NCBI GenBank assembly: GCA_030390025.1
Contig: CM059425.1
Coordinates: 161,698,001-161,762,000, forward strand
Source: Squalus acanthias
Lineage: Eukaryota
Length of the DNA stretch: 64,000 bases
Direction: 5' to 3'
Shown: positions 11,663 through 23,960 of the stretch, in pieces
Position numbering within the stretch: position 1 is the stretch's first letter
How the letters are laid out: the number at the start of each line of letters is the position of its first letter
Notes under the pieces: generated by a model
Told to the model about the DNA's origin: nothing
Database searches by the model: none
Seen by the model: only the letters and a program-made list of their open reading frames with translations
Program-made: the position numbers and the translations under genes

Positions 11663-13844
11663 AATGAAATAACGGAGTGGGTTGATGAAGGTAGTGCAGT
11701 TGATGTTGTGTATATGAGCTTTCAGAAGGTGTTTGATAAAGTGCCACATAATAGATTTGTTAGCAAAATTGAAGCCCATGGGGTTAAAGGGGCAGTGGCA
11801 GCATAGATACAAAATTGGCTAAGAGACAGAAAGCAGAGAGTAGTGGTGAACGGTTGTTTATCAGACTGGAGGGAAGTATAAAGTGCTGTCCCCCAGGGTT
11901 GGTATTAGGACCACTGCTCTTGATATATATTAATGACCTGGAATTGGGTATAGGGGGGCATAATTTCAAAATTTGCAGATGACACAAAGCTTGGAAATAT
12001 AGTAAGCAGTGAGGTGGATAGTAGCAAACTTTAGGAGGACATAAACAGACTGGTGAAATGGGCAGACGCATGGCAGATGAAATCTAAAGCAGACAAGTGT
12101 GAAGTAATACATTTTGGAAGGGAAAATGAAGAGAGGCAGCATAAATTAAATGGTACAATTTTAAAGGGGGTGCAGGAGCAGAGAGACATACACAAATCTT
12201 TGAAGGTAACAGGACAAGTTGATAAGGCTGTAAAAAACTCATATAGGATCCTTGGCTTTATAAATAGAGACTATGGGGGAAAAATTCAGTTGCTGTGTGC
12301 CTCCCGTTAACGTCCCAAGGGGGCTCTAATGGGACGCAAAGCACCTAGTTCCCGGGTGCGGCGCCGCTAACGCCTCCCTAAAAATTCAGCGGGAGGTTAG
12401 CGGCAGCGGTAGCTAGTAGCGCCCCGCGGCACTGCGCCTCCGCCGATGTCATTATCGCCATGCACAGCGCTCCGCTCGTGCCCCGGCCGCAAACTTCACT
12501 CGCGCCCCCAGACCTACCACCGGACGCTATGTCCGACAGGGTCAGGATGCCGTGTTTGTGGCCGCAGCGGCGCAAATTAAAGGGCAGGTGCCTGTCGGCC
12601 ATTTTTTTTGGGCCGCCTGCCAGCACCTGCCCCCTTTCGCCTCCTCCTGCGGGGTGCCAGCTGCGATTGGTGATCCCGGCACTCCTCTTTTACCAGCACC
12701 CTGCTCCCTGGTGGTCCAGCAGGGCCCCGGTGCGTGCTGCGCTAGGCCCCTCCCCTTTAAGCAGGGGAAGGAGGCCTGCAATACCGCGGTGTTACGTGCC
12801 GACGCGAGTGATGCTGTTGCATGCAGCGTCGCGATATTGAATGGTAGCATCCCAAGAGGGAGGGGGAGCGCTTCCAGTCGCGACCCTGCCTCCTGTTGTG
12901 GCGCGACCATTCAATTTCTGGTGCTCTATACTCCTGTGTACCCCCTCTGCTCCATTCCATCATTTGTGGCAGAGGTTTCAGGTGTTTGGCCTTAGTGTCT
13001 AGAACCCCCCTCCCTAAACCCCATTGCTTCTTATTCCTCTTATTCCTCCTACACCTTCTCAAAATGCAACCATGTCTTTGATCACCTCTCCTACCCTCCT
13101 CACTTATGCTTGGGGGAGATTTTAACCCTGAAAAATGGGTGTGTTTGGGTTGGGTGGCATGTAAAAATGTAAATAATCTGAAACCTGACCCCAACCTGCC
13201 TCCTGTTGGGGCGCGACCATTCAATTTCTGGTGCGGGAGCGCTAACTTTTTCAGGACACTAACTTTTTCAGGGCACTAAAAGTAGCGCCCCGGCGAAGTT
13301 AGCACCCCAAAGGGGGCGCGACCCAATTTTTCCCCCATAGAGTACAAAAGCAAGGAAGTTATGGTGAACCTTTTTAAATCACTGGTTAGGCCTCAGCTAG
13401 AGTATTGTGTCCAATGCTGGGCACCACACTTTAGGAAGAATGACAAAGCCTTGGACCGAGTGCAGAGGAGATATACCAGAATGGTACCAGGGATAAGGGA
13501 CTTCAGTTATGTGGAGAGACTAGAGAATCTGGCATTGTTTGCCTTAGAACAGAGATTTAATAGAGGTGTTCAAAATTATGAGGGGTTTTGATGGAGTAGA
13601 TAGGGAGAAACTGTTTCCACTGGCAAAAGGGTCAGTAACCAGAGGACACAGACTTAAGATAATTGGCAAAATATCCAGGGTGGAAATCAAGAGAATTTTT
13701 TTTATGCAGCAAGTTGTTACTTGAAAAGGAGAAATTTGCAGGGCTAGAGAGTGGAACTAATTGGATAGCTCATTCAAAGAACTGACAGAGACATGATGGG
13801 CCGAATGTCTTCCTTCAGTGCTGTATGATTCTTTGATTCTATGA
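11663..13844 (+). mobile_element. 5'-truncated CR1 LINE interrupted by a MITE
   Basis: VDVVYMSFQKVFDKVPH, WQMK..DKCEVIHFG, LVRPQLEYCVQ; (ATTCTATG)-type tail at ~13825-13844. Confidence 0.9.
12275..13336. mobile_element. Harbinger-type MITE, family B (GC-rich), with internal captured segment
   Basis: TIRs GGGGGAAAAATT / AATTTTTCCCCC; homologous to 39084-39667 and 55681-56349; interrupts CR1 INR.IEYKS; flanks TAT / ATA. Confidence 0.88.
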
Positions 13845-14029
13845 ATGGAATTGGGAACTATCACAGAGGTACACTCAAAAAGTGCACTCACAGAAGCAGC
13901 GGGATAGATTTTATGTATTAGCACTCAGAGTACAGAGCTGTACATGATAGAAACACAGTGGAAATTCAGGCACAGAGGTCAGCATGCTACACATATTTCT
14001 CTATCCAGTAAAAAATTAATTAACTTAAT

Positions 14030-14270
14030 GGATGGAAAAGTGAAGGGGGAGAGAGAAAGGATTGAAGTAGGAAGGCAAGAAAGTGCAATGTGGAGGAGGA
14101 AAGCAAAACAGATAAATGAAGGCGAGCACGGCAGATAAGCAAAGGGGAGTGACAAAGAAAGAGGAGAGAAAAGAAAAGGAAAATGAGAAAGAAAGAAAAA
14201 AAGCAAAGGGGAGTGAAAGAAGCAAAAGTGAAGAACAGAGAGAAAAACAGTGAAGTAGAGGACAGAAAGG
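14030..14270 (+). repeat. Purine-rich low-complexity tract
   Basis: Almost exclusively G/A. Confidence 0.6.
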
Positions 14271-14460
14271 ATGATATCAATGTATACTCTGGAAACATTC
14301 TTTGAAGACGTATCAGATTTTTAAAATGTATTTGTGCTCAGGATGTGAGCTGTACTTTTAGTGCCCAAAGCTTGTTAACTTGAGATGATGGTGGTGGGTC
14401 TTCTCCTTGAGCAGCTGCAGTCCTTGAGCAGACGGTTCTCCTTCAAATGGTGTTAGGTAC

Positions 14461-17400
14461 AACAACAACAACTTATAATTATATAGTGCCTTTAATGTAA
14501 TAAAATGTCTCAAGGCGCTTCACAGGAGTGTTATCAAAAAAAATTTGACACCAAGCCATGTTAGGGCAGATGACCAAAAGCTTGGTTGAAGAGGTAGGTT
14601 TTAAGGGGAGTCTTAAAGGAGGAAAGAGAAGTAGAGAGGCAGAGAGGTTTAGGGAGAGAATTCCAGAACTTAGGACCTAGGCAGCTGAAGGCACGACTGC
14701 CAATGGTGAAGCATTTAAAATCAGGGATGTTCAAAATTCCAGAAAGTGGAGTGCAGAGGTCTAGGGGGATTATAGGGCTGGAGGAGATTACATAAATAGG
14801 GAGGGGAGAGGCCAAGGAGAGATTTCAAAACAAGGATGAGAATTTTAAAATCAAGGCGTTGCTTAACTGGGAGCCAATGTAGGTCAGCAAGCACAGGGGA
14901 GATGGGTGAGCGGGACTTGGTGCGAGTTAGCACACGGGCAGCAGAGGTTTGGATGACCTCAAGTTTATGGAGGGTAGAACTAGGGAGGCCGGCCAGGAGT
15001 GCATTGGAATAGTCAGATCTAGAGGTGATAAAGGTATGGATGAGGATTTCAGCAGCAGATAATTTGAGGTAAGGGCGGAGACGAGCGATATTACGAAGGT
15101 GGAATGGTCGGTCTTAGTGATATGATGTAGGAAGCTCAATTCATGATCAAATATGACACCAAGGTTGCGAATAGACTTGGACAGCCTTAGACAGTTGCCA
15201 GGAGAGAGATCGAATCAGTGGAAAGGGAATGGAGTTTGTGGCATGAACTGAAGACAATGGCTTTGGTCTTCCTGATAGTTAATTGGAGGAAATTTCTACT
15301 CATCCAGTGCTGGATGTTGGAGAAGCAGTTTGATAGTATAGAGATGGTGGAGGGTTTGAGAGAGATGGAGGAAAGGTAGAGCTGGGTATCATCAGCATAC
15401 ATGTGAAAACTCATGTTGTGTTGCCGGATGATGTCACCGAGGGGCAGCATGTAGATGAGAAATAGGAGCGAGCCAAGGATAGATCCCTGGGGGACACCAG
15501 AGGTGACAGTGCGGGATCGGGAAGAGAAGCCATATCAGGTGATTCTATGGTTAGGCTGGAAAGATAGGATGGAACCAGGTGAGTGCAGTCCAATCCAGCT
15601 TGATGACAGTGGAGAGGCGTTGGAGCAGAATTTTGTGGTCAACTGTGTCAAAGGCTGCAGACAGGTTCAGAAGGACGAGAAGGGATGGATTACCTTTGTT
15701 GCAGTCAATTAGGAAGTCATTTGTGACCTTGGTAAGAGCAGTTTCAGTACTGTGGCAGGGGCGGAAGCCTGATTGGAAGGATTCAAGTAAGGAGTTCTGG
15801 GAAAGATGGGCACGGATTTGGGAGGTGGCAACACGTTCAAGAACTTTGGAGAGGAAAGGGAGGTTGGAGATGGGGCGATAGTTTGCAAGGACGGTGGGGT
15901 CGAGGGTTAGTTTTTTGAGGAGAGGGGTGGTGACGGCAGATTTGACGGAAAGGGGGACAATACCGGAGGAGGGAGCCAGGAAAGTAAGTTGAGTTGTCAG
16001 CAATTTAGTAGGAATAGGGTCGAGAGAGCAGGAGGTCGGTCTCATTGACAAGATGAGCTTTGAAAGGGCAAGGGGGGAGATAGGAGAAAATTTAGAGAAA
16101 TATTCAAATTTAGGGTTAGCGCAGGGGGGAAAACGTAAAGGAAGTAAGGTCTGGTGGGCTAGGGGGAGGGAGGGAATTGAAAGCAGTAGCAGTTGAACAA
16201 ACAGAAGCCTCATCATGCTGTTGAAGTGGAGCAGCAGGAAACATGAAAGACTAGGAGGGGGATGGTTCACATCAGTCAGCAGGAGCAAATCAGTTGCTCC
16301 AGCCAGGGAGACAGATTCATGACCGCCTTATTGCCTGAGGAAGGGGGGAGATAGGAGAGAAATTAGAGAAATATGCAAATTTAGGGTTAGCGCAGGGGGG
16401 AAAACGTAAAGGAAGTAAGGTCTGGTGGGCTAGGGGGAGGGAGGGAATTGAAGGCAGAAGCAGTTGAACGGATGCTGTTGATCTTTTTAACAAAGAACTC
16501 CATGGGCTCCTCACATTTATTGTTGGAGGTGAGGGAGGAGGAGGCAGGGGAGGGTGGTCTGAGAAGACGATTAGTGTTGGAGAATAGAAGCCTGGTGTTA
16601 TTTTTGCCATCCTGGATGATCTTAGAATAGTGGGTGGTTTTAGTGATGGAGAGCAGGACCCGGTAGTGCTTTATATGATCGAGCCAAATCTGGTGATGGA
16701 TGATTAGGCCAGTTGTCCGCCAAAGAGGTTCAAGACTGCATCCCTTGGACTTAACGGAGCAGAGATAAAGGGTACAGCAGGAGGAATGACTAGGGTGAGA
16801 GAGTGTAATGGTTTTAGTGAGGAAAAGGGCATCAAGGTGGTGGAGAGGGTGTGATTTAGTAAGTCAGTAGTTGGCGAGATGTCATGGAGAATAGTAGGCC
16901 AAAGGTTAGGTAGTTGGGAATTAGAAAGTGCAGTGGTAAGGGACTTGAGGGATAGTTTTTTCTAGGGGCGGATATGAAAAGAAGTGGGCTTAGGAGGGGG
17001 AAGAGGAATATGGGTAGAGAGTGATATAAGGAAATGGTCGGAGATTGCCTTATGGTTACGGAGGGGATAGCGAGATCACGTGAGATGATAAGATTGAGGG
17101 GGTGGCCGTGTACATGGGTGGGGGAGTTGACATGAGGGAGAGGTTAGGGGAGAAAGGAACGGCAGTGAACTCAGAGGAGAGGGAGCAAGATCAGTTGAGA
17201 TGGAGGTCGAAATCACTGAGGATCTGAAGTTGCTCAGTGCAAAGGCAGAGGAAGGAAAGCAGAGAAGATATCTCAATGAGAAAATTGGTCTGGTATTTGG
17301 GTGGGTGGTACAGAATAATGATTTTAAAAGAGAGACGTGAGGGGTGGAACAAGGTGAGATGCTCAAAGGAGGAGAAGTTGCCGGTGGAGTAGGGAGACAT

Positions 17401-18930
17401 TTAGATTTAGATATAAGGGCTACACCACCACCACGGTTTGGGCGTGGAATATGGTGGAAAGTATAGCCAGGTGGGGAAGGTTCATTAAGGGGAAAGGTGT
17501 CATCAAAGGTGGAATCGGGGGGGAAAACTCTCCACTGGATGGAGTCATACCTAGCACAAAGTAAGACGGTTGTGGTGGTTGAAGGTCAATCATCACAGTC
17601 CCAGGACATCGCTGCAGGAGTTCCTCAGGGCAGTGTCCTTGGCCCAACCATCTTCAGCTGCTTCATCAATGACCTTCCCTCCAACATAAGGTCAGAAATG
17701 GGGATGTTCGCTGATGACTGCACAGTGTTCAGTGCCATTCAGAACTCCTCAGATAATGAAGCAGTCCAAGACCTAGACAACGTTTAGGCTTGGGCTGATA
17801 AGAGGCAGGTAACATTCGTGCCACAGAAGTGCCAGGCAATGACTATCTCCAACAAGCGTGAGTCTAACCACCTCCCCTTGCCATTCAACGGCATTACCAT
17901 CACTGAATCCCCCACCATCAACAACCTGGGGGTCACCATTGACCAGAAACTTAACTGGACCAGCCACATAAATACTGTGGTAACAAGAGCAGGTTAGAGG
18001 CTAGGTATTCTGCGTCGAGTGTCTCACCTCCTGACTCCCCAAAGCCTTTCCACCATCTACAAGGCACAAGTAAGGAGTGTGATGGAATACTCTCCACTTG
18101 CCTGAATGCGTGCAGCTCCAACAACACATAAGAAGCTTGACACCATCCAGGACAAAGCAGCCCGCTTGATTGGCACCCATCCACCACCTTAAACATTCAC
18201 TTCCTCCACCACCGGTGTACCATGGCTGCAGTGTGTACCATCTACAAGATGCATTGCAGCAACTCGCCAAGGCTTCTTCGACAGCACCTCCCAAACCTGT
18301 GACCTCTTCCACCTAGAAGGACAAGGGCAGCAGGCACATGGGAACACCACCACCTCCAAGTTCCCCTCCAAGTCACATGCCATCCTGACTTAGAAGTATA
18401 TCGCCGATCCTTCATCATCGCTGGGTCGAAATCCTGGAACTCCCTACCTAACAGCACTGTGGGAGTACCTTCACCCCACGGACTGCAGTGGTTCAAGAAG
18501 GCGGCTCACCACCACCTTCTCAAGGGCAATTAGGGATGGGCAATAAATGCTGGCCTTGCCAGCGATGCCCACATCCCATAAACTAATTTTTTTTAAAAAC
18601 CTCAACCATGTCTCCGTCAATGCCATGATGTTAATTTGATCGTCCACAATAATGTCATGGATGACAAGGCCCTTATTTACAAGTGAATGTACATTTTGAA
18701 AGGAAATGCGGAGAGGGGCGATGATACCTAATTTACTGGTGTAGTCCAGAGGGGCAGAGCAGGGAGGGACAGGGAGGAGGTTGGCGAGATTAGCTCGCAG
18801 CAGGCGCTTAGGGCAGGGAGGATGGGGAGAGAGTAAGATAGGGCAATTTGGGTTGCTAGGAGGCAGTGATGAGTGCCTCGGTGGGCCTTTCGAAGGATGC
18901 CAAGAGAGGCACAGAAAGTACGGAACAAGG
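14461..18930 (-). mobile_element. L2 LINE, decayed, interrupted at ~17505-18597
   Basis: [67 protein letters not shown]; (TTG)n tail at 14461-14472. Confidence 0.9.
17505..18597 (+). mobile_element. Second CR1-clade LINE family, 3' fragment, inserted in the L2
   Basis: [20 protein letters not shown]...MFADD; 3' end GGGCAATAAATGCTGGCCTTGCCAGCGATGCCCACATCCC. Confidence 0.85.
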
Positions 18931-20138
18931 AGCTAAATAAACTTCTCTTGGTGGGGCTCAGCCCAAAAAAGCTTAAGATAGTGTGGCTAGGTCCAAAAAA
19001 GTTTGAGAACCAGTGCCCTAATGTGTTGATTTATGGGCTGCTATTCATCACTGTATCTTCAAAGAGAATCTGAGTTTCCCCATCTTCATTCCAAATTAAC
19101 CAATTTTTCAAAAACATAAACACACATGTAGACTTCCATAAAACTGGCCTTTTAGTTGAAAACAAAGTTGAAAAAAATTACAGAACCTTTTCTTTTAACA
19201 TTGCATCACAAGTGTCAAAGTAATTTCTTAACATTTTCAAGACAGTAGATTAAAGGAAAATACCTGACAAATTATTGCCATTTTCATCCATTGTCACTTT
19301 GTAGTATCCATGCTAATACTCATATAAATAAAATATTGTTTGCATCAAGGGCATAATGTCAGTTTTAAATGTAGTCAAAGTAAAAAGCACCTTCATATGC
19401 CATAACTACTTCAATAGAACGATAATGAAAAGATTTGAGGGTAAAGATTTGAGGGTCAAGAATTCTCTTCACAGACTATATTACCACAACACATTTGCAG
19501 TCCAGATTCAACAAGCTGAAATTCTATACACACCATCAACATTATGGAAAATTTGTAAATGTCGGCATTGCTGTGCCTTAGATGATCAATTCACTCTATC
19601 AGTCATGCTTAGGTATAAAGTCTTGAAGTTTGTGATTGGTATTGTACAGGCTCCTAGCCAAATTCTGTTCATGACAAATGGATAATCAGTTTTACAGGCT
19701 ACAAGTGTGGAGATGCAAGAAACTAGCAAAACATGGATTAATAACTGAATGCTTGGTTAAGAATGAATAGAGTGATAGATAGGTACAAAGATAATCATCT
19801 GCACTTCATTTGACCAGATGGTACAAAAACATTGTCCATAAAAATGATTACCAAACAGCTAACTTGCTAAGTGATCTGTAGAAACTTGTCACTCAGAGAT
19901 ATACGGGTACATAGGATATACTGACAGACATTCAATGGTTGCTTAGACAAGCATAATTGCTCCATACAGCTTTACTTGAATATGAATGAAGAATGCAGAT
20001 TTATTACTCATCAACCATCAGGAAAGATTGGTAACTATTTGTAAGGCACTGACCCCCTCATCCTATAGATGAGGGGTTGGGTCACATCCATGATTTCCAA
20101 GTGTAAAAAGCCCCAATCCAGGTGCAATTTTGAATTTT

Positions 20139-20405
20139 GGGGCTGGATTTTACCGGACCTTCCAGTCGTGCGGGGAACGCGGAAAAGGAGGCCACAGGAC
20201 AAGGTAAGTGCTGGGCCCAGGATGGTTGGTGGAGGGGGGAGGGGGGGTTCCAAGCCATGGCGGGGGGGGTTCCAATCCCCAGGGGGGTCTGATCACCGAC
20301 CCTGGGGTTGAGTCGCGATCCCGGGGAGGGGGGATCACCGATCCCGGGGAGGGGCAGGCTGAAGATGGGGGAGCTTGGGGGGCTGGGAGGAAGCACTCCT
20401 GCTTG
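20139..20405. mobile_element. Truncated Harbinger-type MITE end
   Basis: Starts GGGCTGGATTTT (same TIR type as 47791-48501); GC-rich; contains AAGGTAAGT; no right TIR seen. Confidence 0.55.
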
Positions 20406-20584
20406 AGGTTTCACTGTCTAATTAATAGGGGGAGAATTGATAGTCCTAGTGGTCTTTTTCTTCCATCTATTACCCATTTTTATTTGCGTTATATAAAGCG
20501 TTGTTGGAGATCAAACACTAAATAAACACACCTGCAACTCAGGAAGCAGCAGCTCACCTTAACATTTTTCTGCCACAAGTTTGT

Positions 20585-23500
20585 GTCCTTCAGGGAAGGA
20601 AACCTGCTGCCCTTACCTGGTCTGGCCTATATGTGACTCCAGACCCACAGCAACATGGTTAACTCTTAACTGCCCTCTGAAATGGCTGAGCGAGCCAGTC
20701 AGTTATAGCAAGCCGCTAAAAAGAAGTATAATAAGAATAAAACTGGATCGACCTCTTAGCTTCGACCTAGGCATTGGATTCGGACACGATAAAGGCACAC
20801 CCAGCTCAGTCGACCCTGCAAAGCCCTCCTTATTAATCTCGGGACTTGGAGAGCTGTCCCACAGACTAATCAAGATACAGCCTGATATAGTGATACTCAC
20901 AGAATCATACCTATCAGCCAATATCCCAGACTCCTCCATCACCATCCCTGGGTATGTCCTGTCCCACCGGCACAGTGGTATGCAGTCGAGAGGGAGTGGC
21001 CCTGGGAATCCTCAACATTAACTCCGGACCCCATGAAGCCTCATGGCATCAGGTCAAACATGGGCTCCAGAATTAGCCATGCCTCTAGCCAAGCTGTTCC
21101 AGTACAGCTACAACACTAGCATCTACCCGACAAAGTGAAAAATTGCCCAGGTATGTCCTGTCGACAAAAAGCAGGACAAATCCAATTCAGCGAATTATCA
21201 CTCCATCAGTCTACTCTCAGTCATCAGCAAAATGATGGAAGGTGTCATCGACAGTGCTATCAAGCGGCATTTGCTCACCAATAACCTGCTCCCCAATACT
21301 CAATTTGGGCTCCACCAGGACCACTCAGCCCCAAACCTCATTACAGCTTTGGTTCAAATATGTCTTGACCTAGGCATCAGATTCGGAAATGATAAGGCAC
21401 ACATCAGGTTAGCATTTGACTGAGTGTGCCACCATGGAGCCCTAGTGAAGCTGAAATGAATGGGGATCAGGGGGAAAACTTTCCCCTGTCTGCAGTCATA
21501 CCTAGCACAATAAAGATGGTTGTGGGTGTTGGACGCCAATCATCCCAGCCCAGGACAGCGCTGCAGGAGTACCTCAGGGCAGTGTCCTAGGCCCAACCAA
21601 CTTCAGCTGCTTCATCAATGAACTTCCCTCCATCATAAGGTCAGAAGTGAAGCTGTTCACTGATGATTGCACAGTGTTCAGCTCCATTCACAATTCATAG
21701 AATCATAGAATGGTTACAGTACAGAATGAGGCCGTTCGGCCCGTCGAGCCCGTGCCAGCTCTCTACAAGAGCACTGCAGCTAGTCCCACTCCCCTGCCCT
21801 TTCCCCGTAGCCCTGCAAATTTTTTTCCTTCAGGTACTTATCCAATTCCCTTTTGAAAGCCATGATTGAGTCTGCCTCCACAATCCTTTCAAGCAGTGCA
21901 TTCCAGATCCTAACCACTCGCTGCGTAAAAAAGTTTTTCCCTCATGTCGCCTTTGGTTCTTTTGCCAATCACCTTAAAGCTGTGTGCTCTGGTTCTCGGC
22001 CCTTCCGCAAATGGGAACAGTTTCTCTCTATCTACTCTGTCCAGACCCATCATGAATTTGAACACCTCTATCAAATCTCCTCTCAATCTTCTCTGCTCTA
22101 AGGAGAACAACCCCAGCTTCTCCAGTCTATTCATGTAACTGAAGTCTCTCATCCCTGGAACCATTCTCGTAAATCTTTTTTGCACCCTCTCTAAGACCCT
22201 CACATCCTTCCTAAAGTGTGGTGCCCAGAACTGGACACAATACTCCAGTTGAGGCCGAATCAGTATTTTATAAAGGTTCATCATAACTTCCTTGCTTTTG
22301 TACTCTATGCCTCTATTTATGAAGCCCAGGATCCCATATGCTTTTTTAACCGCTTTCTCAACCTGCCCTGCCACCTTCAACGATTTGTACACATATGCCC
22401 CCAGGTCTCTCTGTTCATGCACCCCCTTTAGAATTGTACCCTTTAGTTTATATTGCCTCTCCTCGTTCTTCCTACCAAAATGTATCACTTCGCACTTTTC
22501 TGCGTTAAATTTCATCTGCCATGTGTCTGCCCATTTCACCAGCCTGTCTGTCTTCTTGAAGTCTATCACTATCCTCCTCACTGTTCACTATACTTCCAAG
22601 TTTTGTGTCATCTGCAAATTTTGAAATTGTGCCCTGTACACCCAAGTCCAAGTCATTAATATATATCAACAAAAGCAGTGGTCCTAGTACCGATCCCTGG
22701 GGAACACTTCCTCCAGTTCGAAAAACAACTGTTCACCGCTACTCTCTATTTCCTGTCACTTAGCCAATTTCGTATCCATGCTGCCACTGTCCCTTTTATT
22801 CCATGGACTTCAACTTTGCTGGCAAGCCTATTATGTGGCACTTTATCAAACGCCTTTTAGAAGTCCATGTACACCACGTCAACCACATTGCCCTCATCAT
22901 CCCTCTCTGTTACCTCATCAAAAAAGTCAATCAAGTTAGTGAAACACGATTTGCCTTGAACAAATCCGTGCTGACTTTACTTAATTAATCCACACTTGAC
23001 CAAGTGACTGTTAAATTTGTCCCTGATTATCGATTCTAAAAGCTTCCTGAGCTACTGAGGTTAAACTGACTGGCCTGTAGTTGCTGGGTTTATCCTTACA
23101 CCCTTTTTTGAACAAGGGTGTAACATTTGCAATTCTCCAGTCTTCTGGCACCACCCCTGTATCTAAGGAGGATTGGAAGATTATGACTAGTACCTCCGCG
23201 ATTTCCACCTTAACTTCCCTCAGCATCCTAGGATGCATCCCATCCGGTCCTGATGACTTATCTACTTTAAGTACAGCCAGCCTTTCTAGTACCTCCTCTT
23301 TCACTATGACTTTGGCATCATCTTCTTCCTTAGTGAAGACAGATGCAAAGTACTCATTTAGTACCTCAGCCATGCCCTCTGCCTCCATGCATAGGTCTCA
23401 GATAATGAATTAGTCCGTGCCCGCATACAACAAGACCTGGACAAATTCCAGGCTTGGGTTAATAAGTGGCAAGTAATATTTGCACCACACAAGTGCCAGG

Positions 23501-23960
23501 CAATCACCATTTCCAACAAGAGAGAGTCTAACTACCTCCCCATGACATTCAATGGCATTCCCATCACCAAATCCCCCACCATCAACATCTTGGGGGGTCA
23601 CCATTGACCAGAAACTTAACTGGACCAGCCGCATAAATACTGTGGCTACAAGAGCAGGTCAGAGGCTGGGTATTCTGCGGCAACTGACTCACCTCTTGAC
23701 TCCCCAAAGCCTTTCCACCATCTACAAGGCACAAGTCAGGAGTGTGATGGAATACTCTCCACTTGCCTGGATGGCTGCAGCTCCAAAAACACTCAAGAAG
23801 CTTGACACCATCCAGAACAAAGCAGTTCACTGGATTGGCACCCCATCCACCACCTTAAACAGTGTGTACCATCTACAAGATGCACTGCAGCTACTCGCCA
23901 AGGCTTCTTCAACAGCACCTCTTAAACCCGCGACCTCTACCACCTAGAAGGACAAGGGCA
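20585..23960 (+). mobile_element. SINE-headed, internally deleted CR1-clade element (same family as 17505-18597), split by a CR1 at 21696-23392
   Basis: SINE segment 20585-20700; APE N-terminus PDIVILTESYL; jump to RT; resumes at 23393 (TCAGATAATGAA) and YKAQVRSVMEYSPLAW. Confidence 0.75.
21696..23392 (-). mobile_element. 5'-truncated CR1 LINE
   Basis: ORFs 23011-23388 (GPDGMHPRML, NYRPVSLTS) and 21910-22581; tail CATAGAATCATAGAAT at the left end. Confidence 0.92.

Noticed and set aside
12378..13224. Multiple overlapping GC-rich ORFs in family B MITEs
   Set aside because: Explained by stop-codon scarcity in GC-rich DNA; frames are not conserved between copies
19356..19685. 109-aa ORF in unique sequence
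   Set aside because: No recognisable motif or convincing splice sites; similar for 8854-9087 and 51934-52310
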